Source of the DNA: Eutreptiella sp. 'Long Island Sound 2002'
Taxonomy: Eukaryota; Protista; Euglenida
Reading direction: 5' to 3'
Length of the DNA: 64,000 nt
NCBI GenBank assembly: GCA_964036045.1
Contig: OZ038378.1
Location: 132,370,001 to 132,434,000 of the forward strand
Below, piece by piece: positions 1-11,634 of the stretch (within the stretch, counting starts at the first letter, position 1; the number at the start of each line of letters is the position of its first letter). The notes beneath the pieces were generated by a model. The model worked only from the letters and a program-made list of their open reading frames with translations. It ran no database searches and had not been told where the DNA came from. Both the position numbers and the translations under genes were made by a program.

Positions 1-319
1 GTGTGGGCGCCCGCAGCAGACGGAGCTACGGTGCTCTGCGACGGTGCCACTTGTGCACCCGGAGAAGAGCACACTCTAACCCTGGCCGGCCCCCAATGTC
101 CTCAACCTGCAGGTGCGAAGGTGCGCCGTTGCTGGCCTAGGCTGGCCTGTGTCGGCGGAAGCCATTGCGCGCGCGCACGGAGAGCATGAATGTGCCCCAT
201 TGAGGCCCAAGCGCTGGCGGCTTCTGGGCAATCGCTAGTGCGCCCTTTTGCCCGCTTGCATTAGAAAGTTCTGTCCTTGGAATAGATCATGACGGCCTCC
301 TTCGCACGCATTGTTGCCA

Positions 320-556
320 CAAGAACACAGCATGCACAAAAGCAAATGTGTCATAGCATTCCAAATGGGGCTTCCAGAAGCGGCTCAGATTCTGAGATTG
401 AAGTGCACCGGGTGGGTGGGTGGGTCCGTTGTGTATGTAAAGGAAACAACACACTGACACAGAAGAATATACATGGTGCAACACTTTAGTGTGTGCAACT
501 TGAGTTTTGCCTCAAGAACACAGCATGCACAAAAGCAAATGCGTCACAGCATTCCA
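320..556. repeat. Pair of ~44-bp direct repeats (320-363, 513-556)
   Basis: caagaacacagcatgcacaaaagcaaatgYgtcaYagcattcca occurs twice, 193 bp apart. Confidence 0.85.
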
Positions 557-569
557 GATAGGGTTCAAT

Positions 570-1500
570 GCATGTTGAAGGGGAAAACCAAGCTGCATGC
601 ATACGTATCAAGTTGGTTAAGGACAATGCTCGGGAGCGTCCGAAAGCCTACGCACGGGCATTCACCTGGCGTACGTGTCCTTGACAATGGCCACGGTGGG
701 TCTATGCACATGCTCCCGGGCCACCACTGGGTGCCAACAACGTGCCTGCGGCGACACCCGCTGTAGCAACGGTGGTGCAAAGGCCACTGCTGCAAGGCAG
801 CAGGGAAAAATACCAAACCTCCCACACATCTTGGAGGCTCTGTTGTACCGCCGCGGCTGCTACGTCCTGTAACGGCGCCTCGCGCACGCCAACCAGCCTG
901 AGGCAAAGAGACCGGTCACATGACCCCCTTGGAAGCCAACATGCCTGGGCACCATCCGACAAAAAGCATAAGCCTACTTTGTGGGTTAGCCCACCAAATT
1001 GGAGGTACATCATGTTGATCCCCCCGGACATGAGGTTGCGATTGGTCCCAAAGGGCGCCAATGAAGACCCTTATCACAACCCACCTAGCGCCCTGACCAT
1101 AGTGGAGCCTTGGCGCCCTCCATGAGGTTGTGGTCCCTTGGGCGTACCGCCACCATAGCGCTTCCATGACTGCCGACGGCGCCACGGCCAAGCCGGCTGC
1201 TGTTCATTGCATGACCACTCCGTAGTTGGCTGCTCCGGTGCCCACGTAGGGCTTGAATGCCCCGACGAACAAGGCGACCACGTCCACGACGCCAGGGTAC
1301 AACATGCACACGCTGTACACCACACAGGCAGCAACACATATGCCGTCCCAGGACTGCGGCCCAGTAACAGCGGCGGACAAGGCGCGGGCCCACTCGCGCA
1401 GCACCGGCACAAGGTCCGCCTACGCCCGCAGCTGGCGCCGTTGCTGGTCCCACCGGCCCCAGTCATGCTGGCGGGGCCGGCGCCCCGGGTGTATTGGGGC
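570..1500 (-). pseudogene. Decayed coding region, possibly a LINE ORF2 thumb/C-terminal fragment
   Basis: ORFs 1204-1410, 916-1191 and 565-906 share one minus frame broken by single stops. SWRAPRLHYGQG loosely matches HWGPWEHGCQG in the LINE at ~44.15 kb. Confidence 0.3.
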
Positions 1501-1749
1501 AGCAAGAGGCATCGGGTAGAACAAAGGCAGCGTAACTAGTCGGGGCATTACAAGGACGATGGCTAGTAAAAAAGACAAGGGAATCCCCCGCAGGGATTAA
1601 CCCTCCCACACACACAATAGTGCGCAGGGTTATCCACCTATCATCACCCTGAGGAAAGCTGCAAAAGGCAGCAAGGATGCGGAGAGAGAAAAGGGCCCCT
1701 TGCCATGTTGCACCATTTGGTGGATGACTATCCTGGGCGACTCCCGAGA

Positions 1750-1815
1750 GGCAACGGGATTCGATCCAGCCACTAGCGCTCTACTGGACGAGTGCATGAC
1801 CGACTAAACTAGAAG
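1750..1815 (-). pseudogene. tRNA-derived segment (tRNA pseudogene or SINE head)
   Basis: Minus strand has an A-box-like TAGTTTAGTCGG (1811-1800) and a B-box-like GGATCGAATCCC (1767-1756) at tRNA spacing. The acceptor stem does not pair. Confidence 0.4.
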
Positions 1816-2399
1816 AAGAGGGTACTACATAAGGTGGCCACGCAACATAGAAACAATTTGCACGCAGTGCTTCAAGAAACAGCAGGTACGTGCAACCGTG
1901 TACGCCACGGAGCTGCATGTCGCCATTGTCACCAGGCCGGCCAGACCCGGCCCAAAGTAGAGGGAGCCGACGGCCTCACCCACACCGCAATTGTGGCACC
2001 GCCGGAGTAGAGCCCCTGGTTCGGGCGGAGTCCCCCGTTGTGTTGCGTTGCGTGCACCAACGTACCCCACCGCAGCGGTCCACATGATGTTGTGCAGGAT
2101 CGGCCTTGTGGCCCCGCATTCTCCCAGGCTAGGCTGACAGTTCAAAGCCCGACCAGTTACCCGGTCGCCGTTTCAAAGGCCATATGTGCCCGCCAATCAT
2201 TCCACAGCACCCCAGGCAGCCAATCGCACCGGCTTGGCCCGCGGCGGTCCTAAGGTCCATCCAAACATGCTTAACGGCCTGTGGTCCTAAATTCCGGAGA
2301 CGACCATAAATTGTCTCCGAGCACATGGTAGCCATGGTTTCACCACCACAACAAACATCAGCAACCCTACTCCACAGATTTGCAACATTATACTCACTG

Positions 2400-3640
2400 G
2401 GCACCCGACACAGATACAAGGATGTGCGAGCCGCAGACCAATTGAAGCTCAACCTCCTGAGGACACGGTTTTGTGTAGACAGGCCCAACCACGCCAGTGC
2501 ACTCGCAAACATCTGCAGAACCGCAAAGTTATCAACCACTACTGAAACCCCCGGCTAGCCCACCGCCCAAAAGAAGATTGTGCCGAAATCCCGGGCGCGT
2601 GGCTCGACTAATTGCTGGTTGCAAAAAAGTCCGGGGCCAATGCCGAACGTCCCCCCAACCCGGGCGCCCACAGTCCCACCCTCCAGCAACTTGCATCTGG
2701 ACCGCCGTCGAAAAAGACTTCGGTGTCCCGCCTCTTGGACGGCGACCGTATTATGGGGACAACCTAGCTCCTTGCCGCCATAACGATGGGCTTCACCAAA
2801 GAGTGGAGCAACTTGCGCGGCGTGTGATTCAAGTGTATGGGGGCCCACACAATGTGCGCCCACATGGACGCCAGAAAAGGCAAAATGTCCCAAGACGGCA
2901 TGGCCTCCCACAAGATGCGCAATACTAGCCGAAACAAACCCTTTTGCAAGCAAAAACTCACGCTGAAAAGAAGCCATCAAGCCACCAAGGCCGACCACTT
3001 GTCACTCGACCATGAGATAATAGCCCCCCCCCCCCCGAAACGGAATTGCTTGCCAATCCACTCAATACAGCTCAAGAGATTGAATTTACTCTTGGGGCTC
3101 ACCAAAGCGCCCTCGGAAACCGAACGGGTTACAATGGCGTCCGCCGCAAGCCTGGACGCGAGCGTTTGGAAGACCGATCACCAAAATATGATCATGATAA
3201 ACAAGGACGACAATGTCGCGCAATCGTGCTCTCTGGACTCCTTCGGTTAAAACCTCCCGGCATATCACTGGGTTGCATGCCCAATCGAAAGGCAACGCCT
3301 CGAATGCATACACCATGTCATAAACTCGAATATGGAAAGATTGGGGGTACCGCGGAGGCAGGACCAAACTCCAAAAAAATTACAGATATGAACATGACAA
3401 TCGAGAATCCCCCTCGCCAGGCATGCAAAGAAAGCAGCTCCCATGCCACATCGATGCGCGAGTCGGAATCGCCCTTCACCCTCGGCGGGGGGCAGTGCAG
3501 ATTTCTCGAGTCTTGCACGAGCATTAAAATAGGTGTCAACTCCACCGGCGCCCAATTGGGGAACGTTAGCACGCTGGGCATCTTTTTTGCTCTGTGCCCC
3601 ACCGGTGGCCTTTTAGGGGGTGCACTAAGGGGGCACATTT
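2400..3640 (-). pseudogene. DIRS-type reverse transcriptase + RNase H of element 1
   Basis: NFFWSLVLPP (after a frameshift), YAFEALPFDW..NPVIC, VLVYHDH (YxDD site, 3199-3188), LVSPKS...IEWIGKQF. RNase H motifs: VFFDGG (~2716-2701), NQQLVE, VVVDN, RVPSEYNVANLWSR. Confidence 0.85.
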
Positions 3641-4544
3641 CCCGCGGCTACTTGGGCGCGTGCTGTGCTAGAGACCCGTGCTTTCAGCTACTAGGAGCAT
3701 CATAGTGACCCCTGGCATAGGTTTTGACTTCTAACCACCCCCCGCCTCCAAGGGGCCTCCGGTCGACAGTTAGTTTGGGGGGGTAGTTGGCGTCCAAAAC
3801 CGAGCGGTCGCCGCACCCAAGTTGTGGTCTCAGGGCTCGGGGTTGGCTTGAAATTGGTTTGCTGCTGTTTTTGGTGAGGGGCTGGCAAGCTGCATGCGTT
3901 TTCGGTCTTCCTCATTTTTTGGGTTTGTTTTGTGTGGCTATGGACTCCTTCACTACGGAATTGTGGGCATGCTTCTAGCGTGCCAGCCCCAACCTGTTAA
4001 TTGCTAGTTATCGGTCGGATCCTCCGCCCTGGGTTGGGTCTGGTAGGTTGTATACACATACCCATCAGTATATGACCGGCGAGCGGGGAGGGAAATATTA
4101 CGGATTATGGCACTTGCACTCATTGGGCGGGGAGTACTAACACCTGTCCATGACCCAAACCCCCCCCCCCTCCTCGTAAACCACAACCAAGCACGGGCAC
4201 CACGGTTTCAATATAACAGTCACAGGGACTGTCACCATGATTCCCAACTTCTTCCCATGTCCGTCTCCACAACCTCCCACGGCAACGTTCCTTTTCGGGC
4301 ATCGAGTGATCTTCAGAAACGCCCGCTCCAGTCGTGACATGCATGTCCACGAGCACGGGCCTTGACTTTGGCTCTCTTCGCTCCAACACTCGGTCACCGT
4401 CCACGGGGAGAGGGGATTTCTCTGGTGAAGTATTGCGAGATTGCAGAGGACCACAAATCGAAAGGAGTGAGGGTCTTCCTCTTGATATTGGTGTACCCGA
4501 ACGGCCAAGGCAGTGCGCACTCCCCCTGATGATGAAGTGGGGGG

Positions 4545-5459
4545 GGGGGGGGATGTAGTCCGCTGCAACGCGGCGGGACCCCCACCTGCTTCAGCACTGG
4601 CCGACATCGATGGGTACCCCCATCCACTTGAGCAGGCGAACGCCGCCCCTACGCCAGCAATGCCACCAGTGCTCTTCGTACTCCGTTCCCGCGAGTGCCC
4701 GCGCGATCCGCTCCTCCAGCCAGGCCGGTCCATAGGGGCAAATGAAAATGGATCCTTTCTCACCGGTTAATCTGTGCTTGTTAAGCCGGTTGGACCACGT
4801 TGCCGCATAGGTGGCGAGGTCTCTTGTAAACAGCCTCGGGCTATTCTTAGCACACCTGAAACACATTGTATCTTCACCAAGTCCTCTTTGGCGCACTGAT
4901 ACCATCTCCACGACACGCAAGGCACCCACGAAGGAGAGCACAGCGAGTCCACAGAAGGACTAGTCCATTTTTTCGTTCAAAACTCGGATATAAGTTGCAG
5001 TGTCTCCCATCCCCCAAGCGTCCGCCGGCCATCATCGTCCCCTAGCAGCGAGTACTTGGCCATGCGCCACAACTTCCTGCTGACGATGGGCTCGACGAAT
5101 TCCATATCCTGGACCGCGCGGAGTACGTTGATGGCCCCTGGCACGGTGGTGTTTGGCGCCCGTTGTCTGTACAGCAACTGTATGTAGGCCATGACCAGTG
5201 TCTCTGGCTCCCGGTACTTCTCATCTCGCTGTAGGTTGGCGATCGCCCAAAGGTGGGTCGCCATTGTGTCCGTAAACCTCGACTGGCACGACGCGGCTGC
5301 CAGGGTGTCAAAGTCTTCATCTGGGCTGGCCCCCTTGAGTCCGCACCACCAATGTACCACCTCATCCCACATCCCGATTCCCGCTTTGAGCCGGAAAGCT
5401 CCCGCTTGCGTCTCTTCCACCTGGCTTTTTGCGCCCACCAGCAGCCGCGCGTCCCCCAA
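4545..5459 (-). pseudogene. Tyrosine recombinase of element 1
   Basis: SAM-like N-terminal ORF 4977-5459, then LSFVGALRVVE (box I R), HWWHCWRRGG (HxxR) and RWGSRRVAADY (catalytic Tyr at ~4557-4555). Confidence 0.9.
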
Positions 5460-5539
5460 CTCGATGCCATGGCTCCATCACCCAAAATGGGGGCAAGCCA
5501 CAAAGCACTGTTGCCCCCCCCCCCCCCCTTCCCTTGTTT

Positions 5540-6520
5540 GCGGCACGACTTAGAGTCTGTTGTAGGCGGGTCCGCTACATCGAGACGTTCACCTCCTTTC
5601 CAAAAGCCGAACATTGCGGACCTGGAACTTACTCCGGATGGCTTGTGCACGTCTCAAGATTTTGCCCAGCAGCACTGACGTGTCACCGAAGTTCACCTAG
5701 GCACTTTGCAAGACACCGGTGTCAAGCGCAGGGCCCATGTCTCCACCCCCGAACTACGTACCGTACACCTTGAGAACGCAAGTGACGATATAATAGAGCG
5801 CCTCCACCTGTGAGAAGTACATCACCACGAAGGGGCTGGTCACATCCGTCATAGGCTCTTCCCCCTTATTGCTCGCTAGGGTTGACGGGAGGCACGTATC
5901 AGGGCAGCCCGATGCGCCCTCAGCGGTAGGGAAAGACCCTTGTGCCGGTGTGGACCAGTCCTTGGTGCACCGCACGTCGAACAGAATGGGCGGTACCCCA
6001 ACCGGGGCGCTGTGGAACATATTTAGCGCACACAGGACCCACTGCGGCTTAGATTTGATGGCCACCAACTTCGCAAATTCAGCCGATCAGAGGGTGGAAA
6101 TCTGCACATCCTGCGCCTCGCCATGAACCCCAACGGCCTCCAATTTCTTGGTAAGATTCTCCATGGCCAATCCTTGGGCTTGTACCTGGTGTAGTAGTTT
6201 TGCGATTGTCTGCTCGGTCTGGGAGGGCCGGGGGGACGTTGGGGAGGGTTGAGGAACTGTTTTCTTGGCATGTCAAGACGTAGCCCATTGAGGGCAAAGA
6301 AGTACACTGCCGCCTCCAAAAGATCCTCCGGTTTCTACGAGTATTGCGCGGAGGCTGCAAATTCCCGCAACCACGGTGCTCCCCACTCCCCTAATAACTC
6401 AGGGTCGCGGGGTTCGGCTGCCCTAACCCAAATGACGTCACAAGGCGGCACCGGAGCCATCGAAGCTGAGTGGGCGTCCCCATTTGCGTTGTCCGGGAAA
6501 CTCCAAGGTGGAGTGGACAT
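5540..6520 (-). pseudogene. Gag-like ORF1 of element 1
   Basis: VPPILFDV...PFVVMYFSQV and FWKGGERLDVADPPTTDSKSC align by eye with LPSLLIDV...DFSVMRYVQV and FWSKESQRWIDCTNPPEVPCSKC of element 2 ORF1. Confidence 0.6.
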
Positions 6521-7859
6521 GCAATGCGTTGTGTGTGTAAAGAGAACAACAAGCTGTCAGAGAAGAAATTACATGGTGCAAAACGTCACTTTCGGTGTGT
6601 CAAGCTGTAGATCTAGGCAAGAGCTGATGGCCCCAAGCTTAGGCCACGCAAATTGCCATACTAAAAAATGCCGTAGGCGTCCGACCAACAGCTTGAACCC
6701 CAGCTGGGGCCGGAAGCTTGTTGGGGGTCCGAAATGCCAATTTTTCTGTGGTCTTTTTGAGACGTGCAAAGAACTTTCCAGATATAGGGGGATCAAAAAG
6801 TGTGTACCTTGTTTTGGGCATTTGATTGATAGTACCGGATTGAGCTTTTGGTCCCGCAAGGATGCAGGAAAAGAGGCATAGTGGCTAAATTCTGCATACT
6901 TTTTCCGGGGCACCCTAAGGGAGGTGTTGTGGGCTGCAAACTAAAAATGTGATTGCGTGTACTTCTGGTGATTTGTAGAAGGCGCGTTGCACGTGTCCCC
7001 GGATAGTACACGCGCACTAGTTGGGACCATTTCTATTTGCAAGGGGAGACACAACGAAGCGAACACCCAATGGTCCCTTTGCTGAGAAGCAGTTGGGGCT
7101 AGCTGATTATAGCTAAAAACGGGATCTGAAAGCAGGAAAAATGAAGTAGAACAACCGGGGCAAGCTGCGAACCAACAAAATATGCATCTGAAGGTATCAG
7201 AGGTACTGCTACAAATGCAACACAGGGTGTACATGTGCAGAACACCTACATGCCACAGCTAGAGTGCACGCAACAAAAAGAATCGAAAAGAGGGCTAGAA
7301 GGCACATGCATGCATAGGTCACTTCGAAGGTGTGGCAGCCTGCTGCTTCGTGCTCCTCCATCCATCATAACCAAATTCCTTTGGCTTCGGACTCTCTCTA
7401 GGCTCCCACACAGTCGGCTCGATGTCCTCATCAGCAAATTTCTTTGCATTACCCTTCTACGTACCTGTGCCAGTTCTTGCTTTCCAACCACGCTGGATTG
7501 ACTTCGTGGTAGATGTGTCAAACGAACGTACTCTGTCCAGCTTCCGCTTGCCTCGCTTTCTAGGTTTTTCTCTCTAGACCTTCCGCGCTTCAGCCTCAGA
7601 CTTTCACAATTCCCCGGGTTCCTCCCCAAGATCATTGTCTTGCTTGCCAATCCTTTTAAGCTTGCCATGGCTATCAATAGGTGTACCGGACATCATCAGG
7701 TTGTGATGCTAGAAGCTTGTTGGCTTCCCTACATCATGCGATGACCTGCTGTAACAAATTAGGAATGCCTTGGCCACCAAGACAGCCAACAACGACAGAC
7801 GAAGGAGGGTGCTGGGCTCAAAGGAGGACAAGCAGCGGGTGAGGCAAGCGGTACTACCT

Positions 7860-7998
7860 TAGTAACCCCCCCCCTTACTGACTCAGTAAGGGGGTTCCCA
7901 ACCCCGCCTTGCTGAGCCAGTAACCCCCTTACCGCCATATTAACCCCCCCTTACTGACCGCCTTACTGCCTCAGTAACCCCCTTGCTGACCCCCCTTA
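7860..7998. repeat. Intronic AGTAACCCCCCTTACTGA-type repeat cluster
   Basis: Several copies, including the near-perfect hairpin cccccttactgactcagtaaggggg (7870-7894). Confidence 0.85.
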
Positions 7999-8604
7999 TT
8001 GAGTTTCAACCAAAGGAACAGTTCATATTCTTCCTTTTGCAATAGCCTTTTACGATGGAAACAGCGGTTGACGAGTTTGAGCTGCGCCTGCAGCGGTTCA
8101 CCCTCACACCCATGGAGGCCCTTAAAGACCCCAAGACTAAGGCGCAACGCAAGAAACTCCTTACGTTTGTTGCCGGGGCCTTGGTAGGCACGCACATCAA
8201 CTTCGTGACCATTACGGGCACGGGAATCACCCTTGGCATCCCAAGCGAGGACGGAGACGACACTGAGACCCCATTGGAGGAGGCTGCATCCCTTGTCGAG
8301 CGCATGGTCGACATCCAATGCAGTGTGCGACAATTATATCAGCTGCCGCGCACTTACACATGGGCCCATCTAGACCGCACCCGCCGCGAGATGTGGCCCT
8401 ACATGGCCTACCCAATAGCACTTTTTGGCAGTGGCATCTGAAAAAGAGTTGCCGCCACTGTCCCACTATGGGACGTGGTGAGTGCCCAAATTGCATTGGC
8501 GCAGCATTGCCACCCTACGGACATGAAGATCAAGGTCATCATGGCCCTTGATGCCACACCCTTGTGGCGCACATCGACCACACGCTGTGATCTCTAGGTC
8601 CACT

Positions 8605-8722
8605 AAGGGGGTCAATGATCCCCCCTTACTAAGTCAGTAACCCCCTTGGTGAGGCGGTAAACCCCCCCTTACGGACCGCCTTACTGACACAGTACTCCCC
8701 TTACTGAGCACCCTTACTGACC
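8605..8722. repeat. Second cluster of the same AGTAACCCCCTTACTGA repeat
   Basis: Same motif repeated in the next candidate intron. Confidence 0.85.
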
Positions 8723-11634
8723 ATTGAAATCACATACCCGGAGCAGTAGTTTTCCTAGGGGTTGAATACTCTTGCGCACTTGTGCATCGTATGACAAGCA
8801 ACGGGCGGGGTAGGTAGGTGGTGGTGTAGCCTGTAAAGAGGACAAGCAACGGGCAGGTCACCAAGGCTCAAAGGGCACAAGTTAGTGTACTGCGAAAGCC
8901 CCAGTGAACTTCTAGCGTGTACCAAGGGACGTGCCAAGTGCACGGCATGAATGATTTCGATTGTGCATCAACCATGAATGAGCAGAACACTTCAATATCG
9001 GGTGGTACATGTCCTTGAGAGCAACACACCTCATTGACAGTCATGAGGTCCCCACAGGTCTCCGTCATTAGCATGGCCTGGACTCCTTTGCATCCACAAA
9101 CAATGACCAATACCGCTATTGGACCATATTGCTTGTGCATATTGGCCTTAGCACGGGGAGCTGGGGCTTTGTGCTTGGGGTGGGGAGCTTACGTGGCGAT
9201 TGTGAGTGTGCACGCGGGTGGTTGTAATAGGCAGCACATGCACACACTCATGTGCCATTCATGGTACTCAAACCACCATTTACGCAAAGACTGATGAGAT
9301 GGTGCACGTTGATGAACTTTTTCTCATGATCGCGTTCAAACTCGGTAGCTGGGTCACCACCCATTGCGATATGCAGGCTTTATTGGAAGCACAAGGAATA
9401 TCAACAGCAGTGGTCCAAGAGAAGATGGTTACTGCAAAGTGTGCGTGGGAAGAATCACAGAAACAGCGGGCTTGCTTGGTTCTGTTGACTTGTCGGCGTA
9501 CCGGTCTTGAAGCCCTCCGAAGTGGTGCATCTGGAGTTGAGAAGAATGAGAGGAATGGGATGGGGGATAAGAAACATGCCACATCATACGGTGTTGAGCC
9601 TAATACACCAATGTCAAGCGGTTTAACATGGCCCAATCAAGCACTGTATGACCTGAGAATTATGGCCGTGCATGGAAGTCTGTGCAACCTAGCATCTGCT
9701 CAGATTGCTGAAAAACCTGTGTCACAAAGACCATGCGGATTACGTTGCTGCCCTCAACCATTTCTCCGAGACTGGGCTATATGTGGTTGTTCGAACCATA
9801 GGAAGTACCTCCAACGTGACACCACGGACAATACACCCTGCATGGGTGTGTAGCATTACGGACCAGGCAAGTCTAAGATGGGCACTTGGAATTGCTACGA
9901 ACTTTGCATCCCCCATGTGATGGATTATTGATGTTGGCCCCAAGCCAAATTACGACACCCCTTTGCACCTTGGGATCCTGGAGGAAGCTTTTGCATAGGA
10001 CAAGGCTCAAAAGCTGCACCCGCCAGTGAAGCAATACCGCTTGCATCACACCGAACCTCCCAACAGTGAAGTGCCAAACAAACTTGCAGCTACGCAAGTG
10101 CATACTTGCCCAGAACGGTGCGAGATGCCTCCTAAGATAGTAGGCGACTGTCAACTCCGGATCCCCTTGGGCAGATTGAGTGTGTCCCTATTCACGATTC
10201 TCGCCATCTGTATTGATTTATTGAGATTTCCTGATTTGTTGCAGCTGTGATGGGTTAAACCTTACAAGAGACATGGAAGCTCTCCCACCGTTTTTCTGCG
10301 ATGTGCTTGAGCGTGTTCGTCATGTAGTCGTGCAGGTGTTGATACAAATGCATGATCAAGGAATAGAGCTACATTGTATGAGCAACAAACTCGATGATTT
10401 GGAGCAGTCCCTTGCTGCCGCGAACAGGCAACCACAAAGACTCCTATCCTCATCCCGGATATATGACACATGCATGTCCCTAATCTGTCTGACGTCATCG
10501 GCCCTGAAGAGGGTGGTGAGTTGGAGTCTGCTTTGACCTCGGTGTTTATTGATAGCCATTCCGGTGATGCGTTCTTCAAAGAGCATCCTCGAGGGATAGA
10601 ACTTGATAGATTGAGGGATGCATTGTATGATATAATCAGGTTCGATAGGTGTTGGGGTCGGCCGTGAAAGGTTTTTTGAGATACAGCCGTCGTATGGCAG
10701 TGGGATGCTATACGACACGCAAAGATATCGCGTTTTGTACCTGCTGCACACACCTTGTTTCCGACCGACGATCAAGATACCCTCTTACGTATGGCTCAAC
10801 ATACCCTTTGGGTGAGTCGAATGAGGAAAGGGTGAGACCACTACCTGTTAGCAAACTGCTTGTGCAATACTATGTGCTTGTGTCACCGTGGAATACGTCG
10901 ACATCCCATTTCATCTCCCCCATGAGTTGCTGTCAAGATATTGGTGCACTCCCGTTGTCTACACTTCATGACGTCACATCTCACAGTGGGACCACGTGTT
11001 TTGTGAGACCCATGAGAGTGAACTTATATGTGCTAGATTTGTCGGCGTTTGATGTTGCTTTATGTGGTCCCCACGCTTTCAAGGTCGTGATACGGTTAAA
11101 TAGGGCACTCACTTGGGTCGCAACATGGGAACAACGAGGGCGAGCCGCCCAACTGTGGGGTGTCAACATGGTAAGGTGGACAGTGTAACAATTGCATGAT
11201 GATTCACAGACTTGGTCAGATGCGGCTGTTCGCAGGAAATTTTATACAGTTGAGTTTGGGGTACAACCCAGTTTGATATATGTGGGGACACATGTGTTAC
11301 AGCCTTAGAAATTTTCCGCAGGCGAAAAGTGCAGAAAGCATACTACCACCCCGCTTGTGCACATGCATCGCAGCTATCCTCCCAAGGTCCGTTGGATGCC
11401 AAGGGTCCGCAATGCTATGACCCGAATAATGTGGATATGTTTTTGAAAAAGTGGAACATCGTAGCTTTGCAACGTACACAAATCCGGATGCAGAAACAGA
11501 TCAACTAGGACGCTCTGCAACACACACTGCAGGAGTCGAATATGTTGTCATGGTCCCCGAAATGAACATTACAACGCATCGCAAGGCTAGCCATGGAGCC
11601 CCTAAATGGGGACATGGCTAAGGCTTGCAGGCTA

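Larger units (their letters stand above)
2130..6520 (-). mobile_element. YR retrotransposon 1 (gag-YR-RT-RNaseH order), decayed; ends not defined
   Basis: Minus-strand order is gag-like (6520-5540), YR (5459-4545), RT (3640-2960), RNase H (~2720-2400). Many frameshifts and stops. Confidence 0.85.
7740..9950 (+). pseudogene. Decayed multi-exon gene, possibly a DDE transposase
   Basis: Phase-0 GT-AG intron 7839-8045 joins ...KEDKQR to PFTMETAVDEF... in frame. Second candidate intron 8598-8758. Motifs IKVIMALDATPLWR, CAIHG and LKNLCHKDHADYVAALNHF; several in-frame stops. Confidence 0.35.

Noticed and set aside
1550-6600. Split direct repeats for YR element 1
   Set aside because: I could not find matching repeats at the two ends by eye, so the boundaries remain undefined.
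7246-7720. K/E-rich minus-strand gene
   Set aside because: The best-looking frame has several stops and no identifiable domain.
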